Virus record (IMG/VR): IMGVR_UViG_3300020576_005620
Location: 32,001-96,000 of that record
Source: a virus
Lineage: Duplodnaviria > Caudoviricetes
Length of the DNA: 64,000 nucleotides
Reading direction: 5' to 3' (one strand)
In this document: one piece after another, positions 46,575 to 56,588 of the stretch
Layout: the number at the start of each line of letters is the position of its first letter
Position numbering within the stretch: position 1 is the stretch's first letter
Notes under the pieces: generated by a model
Told to the model about the DNA's origin: nothing
The model's input: the letters and a program-made list of their open reading frames with translations, nothing else
The model's database searches: none
Made by a program: the position numbers and the translations under genes

Positions 46575-48335
46575 ATGGCTTTAGAAAAGTTTCCTGATGG
46601 ATTTGAGAAAATCTTATACGATGAGCAGATTCCAAGAGTTTTAGAAGAACTCCAAAGACAGTCTTTTTCTTCTAATTCTATTTCTGTATCTGGACTTATA
46701 ACCTTAAATAGGTTATACGATTCTTCTCAATCAACTGGAGACTTGGTTTATTTTTCTGGAAGTGAGTGGGCAAGGTTTCCTATTGGAAGCTCCGACTCAC
46801 TTCTTTCTTCTTATGGTGGGAACCTATCTTATAGAACTCTAGCTGCAAGTGGTGGTGTTGTTCTTAATTCATCACCAGGTCATTTTGCTTTTAGCTTGTC
46901 TGCCAATCTTAATGCTCTTAGCAGTCTAGATTCTACACCTGGTTACTTAGTACAAACAGGTGCTTCAACTTTTACTAAAAGAACCCTAGTTGCTGGAACT
47001 GGTTTAAACATAACTAACACAACTGGTGGTGGAAATCCAACTTTCTCTCTAGCCGATACATCTGTTGCCGCAGGTAGTTACGGCACTTCTACACTAATAC
47101 CCTCCTTCACTGTTGATGCTCAAGGCAGATTGACTGCAGCCTCCTCTTTGGCAGTCTCTGTTTCCGGTGCAGGAGGGTTAATGGGGGCTGGTTCAACTTA
47201 CCAAATTCCATTCTTTACTGGTACGCATACTGTAACAGGTACTTCAGCATTGTCCTGGAACTTTGCAACAGGATTGCATGTAAGTAGCGATGTTAGCATA
47301 GGCGGCAACCTGGTTGTTAATGGTGATCTTACTTCAATCCAATCCAACTCAGTTAGCTTGACTGATACTCTTGTTAAATTTGGATCTGGGAACCCCTATG
47401 ATATTACCGACCTAGGTTTCTATTCAGAGTATAACTTTATAGGTTTTCCTAGATTTACTGGATTATTTAGAGATGCTACTGATGGTTGGTATAGGTTATT
47501 TACTGGATCTTTTGAAGAACCTAGCACAACTGTTAATACTTCAGCTTCTGGGTATGTAAAAGCATCTCTTCAAGTAGGGGACCTTGACGCGCAAAATACA
47601 GTCATTACTTACGGTAAAACAACCGGTTATTTTGGGGTCCAGAACGATGATAATCTGGTTCCCTTTGCAGTTGGTGGGATTGATGGTGTAGCTCCATCAT
47701 TTGAAATCTTTGTTTCATCCAGCAGCGTATTTTTCCAAGCGTATAATAGAAATAGTTTTTCCTACGCTCCGCTATTCATAGATGCAGATTCAATGTATAT
47801 GCGTCCAGGTGGAAGCACTAAATTTTCTTTAACCCCTTCAGAAGCTGCTTTTACAGTTCCAGTAACTGGTCCTTCAGCACCTACCGGAGCTGCAACCCAA
47901 CAGCTTGCTACAACCAGCTTTGTAACTGCAGCGTTAAGCGGCCAGATAAAGTTAACTCCTAATGTACTATTGGTAGCTGGCTATACACCAACTGGATCAG
48001 GTATTGACTCAGTAAAGTGGATGGCTCCCTTCCACCCTGTAACAGGAAATGCTGTGGTCTATAATGTTCTAAGAGTAGACGCAAGAGTGGAAACTCCTGG
48101 TTCTTCAAGTGCAAGAATTAATATAATGAAATCTAGTGGTAATGGTGCTTTCTCAGGCACGAAACTCTTGACTAATGAAATGTGGATTGGAAATACTACA
48201 AGAGAAACATCGGGAATTACACCCCACTTTGCGGTTAGTACCATTACCTCTGGAGATAAAATAGCTGCATTTTTTGAGAATATAGGTACAGGTGTAGAAG
48301 AATACACAGTTCAGGTACAATTAAGAGAACAATAA
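46575..48335 (+). CDS. tail fibre-like protein
   Basis: AGSYG...TVDAQGRLTAAS, GGNLVVNG, TQQLATTSFV fibre repeats. Confidence 0.75.
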   Translation: MALEKFPDGFEKILYDEQIPRVLEELQRQSFSSNSISVSGLITLNRLYDSSQSTGDLVYFSGSEWARFPIGSSDSLLSSYGGNLSYRTLAASGGVVLNSSPGHFAFSLSANLNALSSLDSTPGYLVQTGASTFTKRTLVAGTGLNITNTTGGGNPTFSLADTSVAAGSYGTSTLIPSFTVDAQGRLTAASSLAVSVSGAGGLMGAGSTYQIPFFTGTHTVTGTSALSWNFATGLHVSSDVSIGGNLVVNGDLTSIQSNSVSLTDTLVKFGSGNPYDITDLGFYSEYNFIGFPRFTGLFRDATDGWYRLFTGSFEEPSTTVNTSASGYVKASLQVGDLDAQNTVITYGKTTGYFGVQNDDNLVPFAVGGIDGVAPSFEIFVSSSSVFFQAYNRNSFSYAPLFIDADSMYMRPGGSTKFSLTPSEAAFTVPVTGPSAPTGAATQQLATTSFVTAALSGQIKLTPNVLLVAGYTPTGSGIDSVKWMAPFHPVTGNAVVYNVLRVDARVETPGSSSARINIMKSSGNGAFSGTKLLTNEMWIGNTTRETSGITPHFAVSTITSGDKIAAFFENIGTGVEEYTVQVQLREQ

Positions 48336-48928
48336 TGCCCCAGCATTTAAAACCTAATTCAGATATTACTGTAACCGATTTAGTCCCGTGGCGTGAAGGT
48401 GTTTTAACAACACCCTGTTGGGATAGACTTAATGATTCTCCTTTTCCTATTGTAGATGGCGAGACTTTTGGTTATTCAGATATGGTTGCAGTCAATCTTC
48501 CTCTATCTGTTAACAATATATTAGGTCTTTCTCCTGGGTTAACTCCTGGTCGAAGAAGTGGTTATCCAGATAACTCCCCTGCAGAGTCGGGACATATCCT
48601 GCGAGTTAACTCATCCTCTTCCACAACTATTTATGTACAGTTTGAACTCCGTGAAGGAAGTACTGTTATAGCTACAACCAGCTCACTAAGTCAAGGTGTT
48701 GGAGATGGTCTTAAGACTTTTGAATACTATCTTACTGTGTCCGAAGCCAATAGTATTACTGACTACACTAATTTAAGATTTGTAATCAAGGATCCTGGTG
48801 GTAATGGACCTTACGTAGTTAACCCATCCGACCCACCCTACCAACAATTTCCTTACTTTTTAGAATCTGTTGAATTAGAGATACCTACTACTGCAAGAAG
48901 AAGAACAAGTGATGCAACTTATTTATAA
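48335..48928 (+). CDS. putative virion protein
   Basis: coupled to the fibre gene; beta-rich. Confidence 0.55.
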   Translation: MPQHLKPNSDITVTDLVPWREGVLTTPCWDRLNDSPFPIVDGETFGYSDMVAVNLPLSVNNILGLSPGLTPGRRSGYPDNSPAESGHILRVNSSSSTTIYVQFELREGSTVIATTSSLSQGVGDGLKTFEYYLTVSEANSITDYTNLRFVIKDPGGNGPYVVNPSDPPYQQFPYFLESVELEIPTTARRRTSDATYL

Positions 48929-48934
48929 CTATAT

Positions 48935-49234
48935 ATGAGCAACTTACTTTCTCAAGAATCTATAGATTCTCTTAAAAAAACATTAGCTGAGACAGAACAG
49001 AATATAAAAAAAGCTGAACAAGCTTCTTTAAGATTGTCCGTTCAGCAGGAAAACTCTAAAAAAGAATTAGAATCCTTTTATTTAGAATTAACAGAATTAG
49101 TCGGTAGTGATAGTCTATCATCTCTGGCTAACCTAACAAGTGAAATAATAAACTCCATCGAAGTGAATAAAGAACAATTGCAGAACGATCTTAGGAACGT
49201 GATGGATTTAATTGAGCAATTCGACAAACTTTAA
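48935..49234 (+). CDS. coiled-coil protein, possible middle piece of split SbcC
   Basis: heptad-rich; overlaps the sbcC C-terminal gene. Confidence 0.6.
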   Translation: MSNLLSQESIDSLKKTLAETEQNIKKAEQASLRLSVQQENSKKELESFYLELTELVGSDSLSSLANLTSEIINSIEVNKEQLQNDLRNVMDLIEQFDKL

Positions 49235-49838
49235 TACATCTTCTGTTAAGCAACAGTTCTCTATGAGACTGGGCTCATTTATGTCAGAGGCCCGTTTAAA
49301 TCAGGAGACTAATGAACAGATAGCGGAACTAAAAAAAAGAAAGGAAGTTTTGCAGGATGCTATATTTCTTGGAAAGGCTTGTTCAAAACGAACACTATCT
49401 CTATCTGAACATCTAGCCAAGCTTTGTTCAGATGGTTTAACAACTTTATTCGGAAAGGAGTATTCCTTTATATACGAACCTTTCTACGAAAAAGATCTTC
49501 TTAAAGGTGTTACACCTAAAATGAAATCTCCAGGTGGAGAATTTGATTCTATTTCTGTTTTTGGAGATGCTGCATATCAAACTGTATCTGTAATCATTAA
49601 TACGGCAGTTCTTCTTTTTCTTGGGTCAACTCCCAAGTTTATCTTTTTCGATGAACCTTTTTCTAATATTAACTCTGCTCTCAGTAAAAGAGCCTGGAAC
49701 TACATAAAGACCATGGCTGAAAAAACTGGTGTTCAAGTAGGTATTATATCACACATGCAAATGGACTCTAATGTAAAATATCTAGTAACGAAGAACAACC
49801 AAGGAATTTCTTCAGTAGAAAGAGTTATCAATGACTAA
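49212..49838 (+). CDS. sbcC: SbcC/Rad50 C-terminal half
   Basis: coil, degenerate signature FGDA, IFFDEPFSNI Walker B, IISH H-loop. Confidence 0.85.
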   Translation: MSNSTNFNTSSVKQQFSMRLGSFMSEARLNQETNEQIAELKKRKEVLQDAIFLGKACSKRTLSLSEHLAKLCSDGLTTLFGKEYSFIYEPFYEKDLLKGVTPKMKSPGGEFDSISVFGDAAYQTVSVIINTAVLLFLGSTPKFIFFDEPFSNINSALSKRAWNYIKTMAEKTGVQVGIISHMQMDSNVKYLVTKNNQGISSVERVIND

Positions 49839-50670
49839 AAAATTACCTACAATCATATTTAATACTAAAAGTATAGAATGGTTTTGTGCTTTCTGTGCTG
49901 CAGTTAAAGAGATTAATAACCTAGGTGGAACTGCTTTTATTAACTTCAAGGGGGCTTCCTTCAAAAATAACTACCCTTTCAAGTCTGATTCTGAAATTTT
50001 ACCTGAGAGTATAGAGGGTGAAGTTATTGTCTTAGAGGAACCAGAGGAGGATGTTTACGAACATCTAGATGAGCTATTTGCAAAACAATGGCAAGAGTAC
50101 ACCTACAAGAACCATGGTGTTAATATCTCTGAGGAACAAGCAAAGGGCCCGCATTCTATAGCAAGAATAGCTAGAGCTTTAGTTACATCTAAACTGGGGA
50201 TATACTATGAACCCCACTATCTTACTCCTTCCATTAAAGAGCCAACTAACTACGATATACTTTGCCCGCAAAGCTTAGAAAAGTATTTAGATATAGTTAA
50301 AAAAGAAAAACCAGATTTTACTTACCTAGTATATCCTGATGACTATACTCCACTTACCGAGATTTGCAGCGAACCTAAAATAGTTATTACATCTCCGAAA
50401 AGAAGTGATAATATTTTGCTTAAGGGTAAATATAGAGGACCAGATTCAATGGATAGAAATCCTCTCATACTTTCTATTGTTGAAGAGAAAAGTGAAGATC
50501 CAGGGAGATTTTTCATTAACATGGCTTCTTTGTATTATATAAATGCTATGGAGGACAGCTCTCCTGAAACTATTATTCCTATGTCTATTCAGGAATACAA
50601 TAACAGGTTGAAGTACGGATTCAGCCATGTTAGATACTTGAAAAAGGAAAAACCTGGTGTTTCGGTGTAA
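49831..50670 (+). CDS. hypothetical protein
   Basis: 279-aa ORF. Confidence 0.7.
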   Translation: MTKKLPTIIFNTKSIEWFCAFCAAVKEINNLGGTAFINFKGASFKNNYPFKSDSEILPESIEGEVIVLEEPEEDVYEHLDELFAKQWQEYTYKNHGVNISEEQAKGPHSIARIARALVTSKLGIYYEPHYLTPSIKEPTNYDILCPQSLEKYLDIVKKEKPDFTYLVYPDDYTPLTEICSEPKIVITSPKRSDNILLKGKYRGPDSMDRNPLILSIVEEKSEDPGRFFINMASLYYINAMEDSSPETIIPMSIQEYNNRLKYGFSHVRYLKKEKPGVSV

Positions 50671-50884
50671 ACTGTGCCCAAAAGGTGAAATCAAGACCTT
50701 AGTTATAGGTATACTAGGGGCGGATGAGTTGGTGCAAGATAGTTCAGTTCTTTCTGTCGAAAAGAAACTATTTAGTCTCCAAAATCTGCCCACTGAACCT
50801 AACTTCTTCAGAATTTTAATTATTGAGAAGTGCGATTATTGTGGTAGTACAAAAGTTTTAAATGAGCAAATTAGTAATAGATGA
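50657..50884 (+). CDS. small CxxC...CxxC protein
   Basis: CKLC...CDYCG. Confidence 0.6.
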   Translation: MFRCKLCPKGEIKTLVIGILGADELVQDSSVLSVEKKLFSLQNLPTEPNFFRILIIEKCDYCGSTKVLNEQISNR

Positions 50885-51308
50885 AAATCTAAGTTTAAAA
50901 AATCTATACAGAAAGGGTTTACAGGTTTCGCTTTATACGCCTGTAAACCCTTATTTTTCTCTTGCATACATGTCAGCCCACAGGTTAGTTGCAAGAATTC
51001 AATCAGTATCTAAAGAATTAGTAGAACATGCGTGTCTATGGGAATTATCCCTCCTTATTTGGGGTGGTGATCCAATAACAACTGCAGAAGAAACATATAA
51101 AGATCTATGCAAACAGTTTGACATAAAGGAAGCTGATCCACTATCTTTAGCTAAAATTAAAGAAGTAGATTATCAAATTTCTTCTAATGATTTCAGTCTC
51201 CTAGAGAAAGTTGTAGACCAAATAGGTATAATGCCTATCTCGAGAAATGCATTTAACAGAGAAGTGTTTAACAGCATGAGGGAGGACTTATTCAGTGACA
51301 ACACCTGA
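50862..51308 (+). CDS. hypothetical protein
   Basis: 148-aa ORF. Confidence 0.65.
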   Translation: MSKLVIDENLSLKNLYRKGLQVSLYTPVNPYFSLAYMSAHRLVARIQSVSKELVEHACLWELSLLIWGGDPITTAEETYKDLCKQFDIKEADPLSLAKIKEVDYQISSNDFSLLEKVVDQIGIMPISRNAFNREVFNSMREDLFSDNT

Positions 51309-53364
51309 GGTTAAACAACTTAATAGTAGTTTTTGCAGGGAAAAGAATGGGAAATTAATTGGCAAGTATGTCTACATGGTTAAGGAAGATGAAGAACAAT
51401 TCTGCGAATTAATGCAGTCTTTTCTTAACACGTACAAAGCCAACTCCAATTTCTTCTTAACAATTGATCTTGAAACAGATGGTTTAGATTACATTAATGG
51501 AAATATCCTTTTGTTTTCTATATCATGGAATGGAAAACACGCCATGGTCTTTTCTCCATACTTTATGTTTGGGGAGAATCCAACTAGGGAAACTAACAGA
51601 TGCTATGATTTATTGTTAAAGGTTCTTGAAGTTGTCCCTATCAGCAACCAAAACATCAAGTTTGATGCAAAGTGGTGGTATTACCAATATGGTATCCTAG
51701 TCAATATTTTCTTCGATACCATGGTGGCTTCACAGCTCTGCTATGCAGGTTGCTGGCCAGCAATGACATTTGCTCTGGATAACATTGTTAAATACATCCT
51801 CTACCCTATGGAAATATCCAAGGGGCAGCAAACATCGTTCATTGGTCAACCAGTGACACAGGAGCCAACGTGGGACCAAGTACACTATGCTGCTAATGAC
51901 TCACTAGTCAGCCATAGACTTGTTGAACCTCTTATATCTAGACTTCATAATAATAATCTCTATAATGTGTGGAAGGAGATTGAGCTTCCTTTGATTACAA
52001 GCCTTATTATTAGTGAAGTTACTGGGGTAGCTGTTGACATACCTGCGGTTAAGGAAGCGTATAGTTCTGCAAAGATCAATCAGAAGAAGGTATACGATGA
52101 TATTCAGAGTGTCTATTCAAGTATGCCCCCTGCTATAAAACCGGTTACTAAGGATAATCTCTTTAATCCTAACTCCAGTCAGCAAGTTATTTCAATCTTG
52201 TCAGCAATGGGATATATGATTACAAGTTCAAGCAAAGATGCTTTGAGCAATGTGCTTCTGAAATATCCTGATGCCGATATTGCAAAACTCATATTAGAGT
52301 ATAGAAAGATACATAATGGAAGTATAAAGTACTTTAAAGCTTGGCTTGAAGAACATATTAATCCTTCCACAGGGTGTATTCATCCTAACTTTAAAAGCTG
52401 TCACGCAGATACTGGAAGAATGGCATCTTCAGATCCCAACATGCAGAATATTCCTCCTGGCTTGAGGCATCTAATTATTGCTAAGCCTGGTAGAAAAATC
52501 ATTACTGCAGACTATAGCCAGTTTGAATTTAGAGCAGCTGGTGCGTACACCGGTGAACAAGTTCTAATTGATCTGTATTGTGAGAGAGCGGATCTTCTTC
52601 CAATCATAAAGAACATCGCATCAAAGTATGGAGAGGCAGATCCAGATCACTTTGTTAAGTCTGTTAAAAAGGGCAAGATTACAGTAACTCCGGGAGAGCT
52701 GGAGATGGTGGATAAATTTGCCTTTACTGACGTTCACAGAAGAAACTCTGCTCTTGTTCTGGGTACGGACGTTAGTCAGGTAACTGACAAAGATAGAGGT
52801 CTTGGAAAAACTTTAGGGTATGCTCTGCTTTATGGAGCTGGTCCTGGTAGAATGCTGGAACAGCTTTATGGAGAGGGATTCTTTAATATCACTATCAAGG
52901 ATTGTTCCTATTACCGAGATGTCTTTATGAAACAGCTTCCTAAGGTTGCACAGTTTATTAAAGAAACTCATGAAAGAGTAAAGAACCCTGGATTTATAGA
53001 AACTTTCTGTGGAAGAAAGAGGTTTTTCACTTTACCTCCTGCGTATCAGACAAGGTACTACGAACAAAAACTTGCAGATGCACAAAGACAGGCTGTGAAT
53101 GCTGTGTTCCAGGCGTCTAACGCAGACGCTACAAAAATGAGTTTGGTTGAAGCTACGGCTTCTTTCAACACTAGATTTGAAACTGATATTCCAGTTGTAC
53201 TTCTAAACGTCCATGACGAAATAGTAAGTGAAGCTTGGGAAAGCAATGTTGATGAAGCAGCTGATTTACTTGTGAAAATTATGATTGAGTGTGGAGAGAA
53301 ATCCCTTGACAAACGAATTCCAGTGGAAGTCAGTATGTCAATTGGGAATTCTTGGACTAAGTAA
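51295..53364 (+). CDS. polA: family A DNA polymerase with 3'-5' exonuclease
   Basis: IDLETDG, NIKFD, YAAND; TGRMASSDPNMQNIP, ADYSQFEFR, KTLGYALLYG, VHDE. Confidence 0.96.
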   Translation: MTTPEVKQLNSSFCREKNGKLIGKYVYMVKEDEEQFCELMQSFLNTYKANSNFFLTIDLETDGLDYINGNILLFSISWNGKHAMVFSPYFMFGENPTRETNRCYDLLLKVLEVVPISNQNIKFDAKWWYYQYGILVNIFFDTMVASQLCYAGCWPAMTFALDNIVKYILYPMEISKGQQTSFIGQPVTQEPTWDQVHYAANDSLVSHRLVEPLISRLHNNNLYNVWKEIELPLITSLIISEVTGVAVDIPAVKEAYSSAKINQKKVYDDIQSVYSSMPPAIKPVTKDNLFNPNSSQQVISILSAMGYMITSSSKDALSNVLLKYPDADIAKLILEYRKIHNGSIKYFKAWLEEHINPSTGCIHPNFKSCHADTGRMASSDPNMQNIPPGLRHLIIAKPGRKIITADYSQFEFRAAGAYTGEQVLIDLYCERADLLPIIKNIASKYGEADPDHFVKSVKKGKITVTPGELEMVDKFAFTDVHRRNSALVLGTDVSQVTDKDRGLGKTLGYALLYGAGPGRMLEQLYGEGFFNITIKDCSYYRDVFMKQLPKVAQFIKETHERVKNPGFIETFCGRKRFFTLPPAYQTRYYEQKLADAQRQAVNAVFQASNADATKMSLVEATASFNTRFETDIPVVLLNVHDEIVSEAWESNVDEAADLLVKIMIECGEKSLDKRIPVEVSMSIGNSWTK

Positions 53365-53368
53365 TGGT

Positions 53369-53408
53369 AAGGACCTTTACCGGTCCTTTCTGTTTTTTAC
53401 GGTATAAT
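53369..53408 (+). promoter_or_regulatory. terminator hairpin followed by TATAAT -10 box
   Basis: AAGGACC/GGTCCTT + T run; TATAAT 53403-53408 just before the recA ATG. Confidence 0.55.
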
Positions 53409-53414
53409 AAATAC

Positions 53415-54617
53415 ATGGCAAAACGAAAAGAAAAAGATGCAGCCATAGAAACACCTGAACAACAAGCTGTAGCAAAGCTTTCTATTCTTCAAAAGATAAC
53501 AAACGATATTAACAAAAAATATCTAGGTGGTAAAGAAGATGTTACACCTATTATATCTGTTGGAAAGGATATAAAGGAACAGCTTTCTCCTAAGTTTATT
53601 AAGACAGGGATTGGTATCTTAGATGAAAAACTTGGGGGTGGTATTCCTAAAGGAGCTGTCTCTACAATATCTGGGACCCCCGGTTCTGGTAAAACTTGTT
53701 TAGGTCTCATGCTTGTTGCTGAAGTACAGAAACAGGGTGGAACTGCAGTCTGGATTGACGCAGAGCCTCCGTTCCCATATCTCATGGCCATTCTTTTGGG
53801 TGTAGATATTGACTCTCTTATAATTGTACGAGCTGCAGACTATGGTGAGCAGATTCTAGACATACTGCATGAACTGCTGTATGATCCCGATAATAGACTT
53901 ACCAGAGGGATTGTTGATTTAGTTATTGTTGACTCTTTGAATGGTATGGTGCCTAAAGCACAGTACGATAAGGGCGAAAAAGATGGTTTAGCTGGTTCTA
54001 CAATAGGTAGAAGAGCCGCTATGCTTTCTAAATGGCTTGAAGAGTTGGCCGGTCGAGGTATGCTTAGAGAGGGAACAGCCCTTGTAAATATAGCTCAACT
54101 TAGAACTAATATCAATGCTTATGGTGCGCCAGATCAAATTTCTGGAGGTAATGCGGTTAGATTCTTCTCGAAGCTAATAACAGTTCTTGCTAAAAAGAAA
54201 TTGGAGAAGGCACCTACTAAGGGCAAGGATGGCGAGGATGATATTGGTCACACAGTCGCATTTGATGTTAGAAAGAACAACATCGTAGGCAGACTTGGAA
54301 GAGGTCAATATAATGTGCTTTATGGTTTGGGTGTTGATGACAGCATGGAGATCTTTACAAATGCTCTATCTGCTGGAATTATATCTAAAAGTGGTAAGGC
54401 AAACTACCTATTTAAAATACCTAATGAAGACGGAGAAATCAGAGAATTTCTTGTCGAAGGTGGTATTGACGTTGCAAGAGCTTTAGTCCGAGAAGACAGA
54501 GCACTTAAAGCGGAATTAACAGAAGCGTTAAAGATACAGGCAGTTCCTGAGAAAGAAACTGACTTTGTTGATCTTGACGAAGTATTGGTGGTACCAGAAG
54601 GTATCGAAGAAGAATAA
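53415..54617 (+). CDS. recA: RecA/UvsX recombinase
   Basis: LGGGIPKG, GTPGSGKT, WIDAE, IVDS, AQLR, GGNAVRFF. Confidence 0.94.
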   Translation: MAKRKEKDAAIETPEQQAVAKLSILQKITNDINKKYLGGKEDVTPIISVGKDIKEQLSPKFIKTGIGILDEKLGGGIPKGAVSTISGTPGSGKTCLGLMLVAEVQKQGGTAVWIDAEPPFPYLMAILLGVDIDSLIIVRAADYGEQILDILHELLYDPDNRLTRGIVDLVIVDSLNGMVPKAQYDKGEKDGLAGSTIGRRAAMLSKWLEELAGRGMLREGTALVNIAQLRTNINAYGAPDQISGGNAVRFFSKLITVLAKKKLEKAPTKGKDGEDDIGHTVAFDVRKNNIVGRLGRGQYNVLYGLGVDDSMEIFTNALSAGIISKSGKANYLFKIPNEDGEIREFLVEGGIDVARALVREDRALKAELTEALKIQAVPEKETDFVDLDEVLVVPEGIEEE

Positions 54618-55034
54618 ATGATTATTTCTACTGTACATGGCAACTTAACAGCTGACGCTGAATACCTAGAGCTATCTGGCTCTAAACTACTGAAGTTCAC
54701 TGTAGCTTCAAATAACAAACCTAAGAAGAAGGGTGTTAATCCTGGTGCTACTTTTGTGGTGTGTTCCATTTGGGGTGAAAGAGGTGAAAAGCTTGCTGAA
54801 TATTTGACTAAAGGCAAGCCAGTTATGGTATCAGGAGAACTTGAAAATAGATCCTGGTCAACAGAAACTGCTAAAGGAATGTCAACTGAACTTAATGTAA
54901 CTACACTTGAGTTTATCTCTACTGGTCAAAGTTCTCAGGAGGACTCCAAACCAGTTGGAAGTGGTGCAACCAAAGCTGTAAGTGCTAAGGTTACAGCACC
55001 AGCTACTCCAGATCTTCCTGATATTGAAATCTAA
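54618..55034 (+). CDS. ssb: single-stranded DNA-binding protein
   Basis: GNLTADAE, WGERGEKLAEYLTKGKPVMVSGEL, acidic tail. Confidence 0.93.
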   Translation: MIISTVHGNLTADAEYLELSGSKLLKFTVASNNKPKKKGVNPGATFVVCSIWGERGEKLAEYLTKGKPVMVSGELENRSWSTETAKGMSTELNVTTLEFISTGQSSQEDSKPVGSGATKAVSAKVTAPATPDLPDIEI

Positions 55035-55426
55035 TGAAGGAATGTGAGACTCCTGTTTTGGGTACCGGGTATATTCCCGGTGCCTTAAGCTTTTGTCAAA
55101 CATTACCTGTTGGTACTCCAGTAAAATTAGTAAGAGAACCTGATAACCCCTATGATCCATTTGCTATAGCTGTCTTTGTTGATGGTAGGCATATTGGGTA
55201 CATACCTAACAAAGGTTATTCTTGTTCAGAATGCTGGGGACCTGTTGATATCAGATTATTTGTCTGTAAGAAATGTGGAAGCGATCAGGTAGTAAGTGGC
55301 GGTTTAGCCACAAGACTTACTAATGCTAATCTAATTGAAAACTCTGAGGGATTCATTTCTGAAAATCTCGGAGAAAACGTGCAAACTCCCGTGAAAATAA
55401 GAGTAATCTTTCCCATAAAGAGATAG
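55034..55426 (+). CDS. HIRAN-domain protein with Zn-ribbon insertion
   Basis: LVREPDNPYDPFAIAV...HIGYIP; CSEC...CKKC. Confidence 0.88.
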   Translation: MKECETPVLGTGYIPGALSFCQTLPVGTPVKLVREPDNPYDPFAIAVFVDGRHIGYIPNKGYSCSECWGPVDIRLFVCKKCGSDQVVSGGLATRLTNANLIENSEGFISENLGENVQTPVKIRVIFPIKR

Positions 55427-55430
55427 AACC

Positions 55431-55440
55431 CTCTATTTGG
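55431..55440 (+). promoter_or_regulatory. CTCTATTTGG motif
   Basis: intergenic copy upstream of nrdB. Confidence 0.45.
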
Positions 55441-55461
55441 GATACAGTATTAATCTCCTAA

Positions 55462-55508
55462 GAATTTGCCAGTTGACTCGGATCAACTGGCAAATTTTGT
55501 CCTATAAT
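55462..55508 (+). terminator. strong hairpin/terminator followed by TATAAT
   Basis: AATTTGCCAGTTGA/TCAACTGGCAAATT; TATAAT at 55503. Confidence 0.65.
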
Positions 55509-55580
55509 AACAATAATACTGATTACCTCTAACTATTGAATATCTAGTGACTTGAACATTTTAATTTGAAGTTCAGTACA

Positions 55581-56588
55581 ATGATTTTTAAAGAACAAAT
55601 TGCACGAAAACCGGATAACTATCCGTGGGCTCAAGAGTTTATCAAGGCAATGTGGAACGGCCACTGGACGCCTGAAGAGTTTAACTTTATTAACGATTAT
55701 CACCAATTTAAGACTGTTATGTCCGAAGAGGAAAGGGTTATTATAACCAACACTCTATCAGCGATAGCTCAGATTGAGATTGCAGTCAAGAAGTTTTGGT
55801 CAAGACTCGGGGACAATCTTCCCCATCCGTCATTAACAGATATGGGTATTGTTATGTCGGCTATCGAAGTTATCCATAATAAAGCTTATGAAAAGCTTTT
55901 AGACATTCTACAGTTACAGGATTCTTTTGAACAGAACCTTAAGATTGATGTTGTTAATGGTAGAGTCACCTATTTAAGAAAGTACTTAGACAAAGTTTAT
56001 ACTAACGATAAGAAGCAGTATGTCTATGCTTTAATTCTCTTTACTTTGTTTGTTGAGAACGTATCTCTCTTCAGCCAGTTTTATATCATCCTATGGTTTA
56101 ACAGATACAAGAATGTTTTAAAGGATACTGCGCAGCAAGTTCAGTACACTAAAAACGAAGAACTGATTCATGCTCAGATTGGTACTAAGGTTATCAATAC
56201 GATTAAATCAGAATATCCAGAACTATTTGATGAGGAATTGGAAGCCCGAATAAGGCACGAAGCTGAGGAAGCTTTTAAAGCAGAAGCTAAAATTATTGAT
56301 TGGATGCTAGGTGAGTATAACGAACCTAATCTTTCTGCTCCTGTTCTGAAGGAGTATGTGAAGAATCGAATCAATGAATCCCTTCACGGAATTGGTTTTG
56401 AAGTCCTCTTTGAGATTGATCCAGAATTGTTTGCTAAGACTGAGTGGATGATTGAAGATACCGAAGGCAATGCTATGACGGACTTCTTCCACAAAAGACC
56501 TACTGAATATGCTAAGAAGTTTGCAAACTTTAATGCAGATGAAATTAGGAATAACGTTCTTCAAAGATATTCGGAGGATCAAGGTTAA
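55581..56588 (+). CDS. nrdB: ribonucleotide reductase class I beta subunit
   Basis: WTPEE, EVIHNKAY, VENVSLFSQF, EELIH, DFF. Confidence 0.95.
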   Translation: MIFKEQIARKPDNYPWAQEFIKAMWNGHWTPEEFNFINDYHQFKTVMSEEERVIITNTLSAIAQIEIAVKKFWSRLGDNLPHPSLTDMGIVMSAIEVIHNKAYEKLLDILQLQDSFEQNLKIDVVNGRVTYLRKYLDKVYTNDKKQYVYALILFTLFVENVSLFSQFYIILWFNRYKNVLKDTAQQVQYTKNEELIHAQIGTKVINTIKSEYPELFDEELEARIRHEAEEAFKAEAKIIDWMLGEYNEPNLSAPVLKEYVKNRINESLHGIGFEVLFEIDPELFAKTEWMIEDTEGNAMTDFFHKRPTEYAKKFANFNADEIRNNVLQRYSEDQG

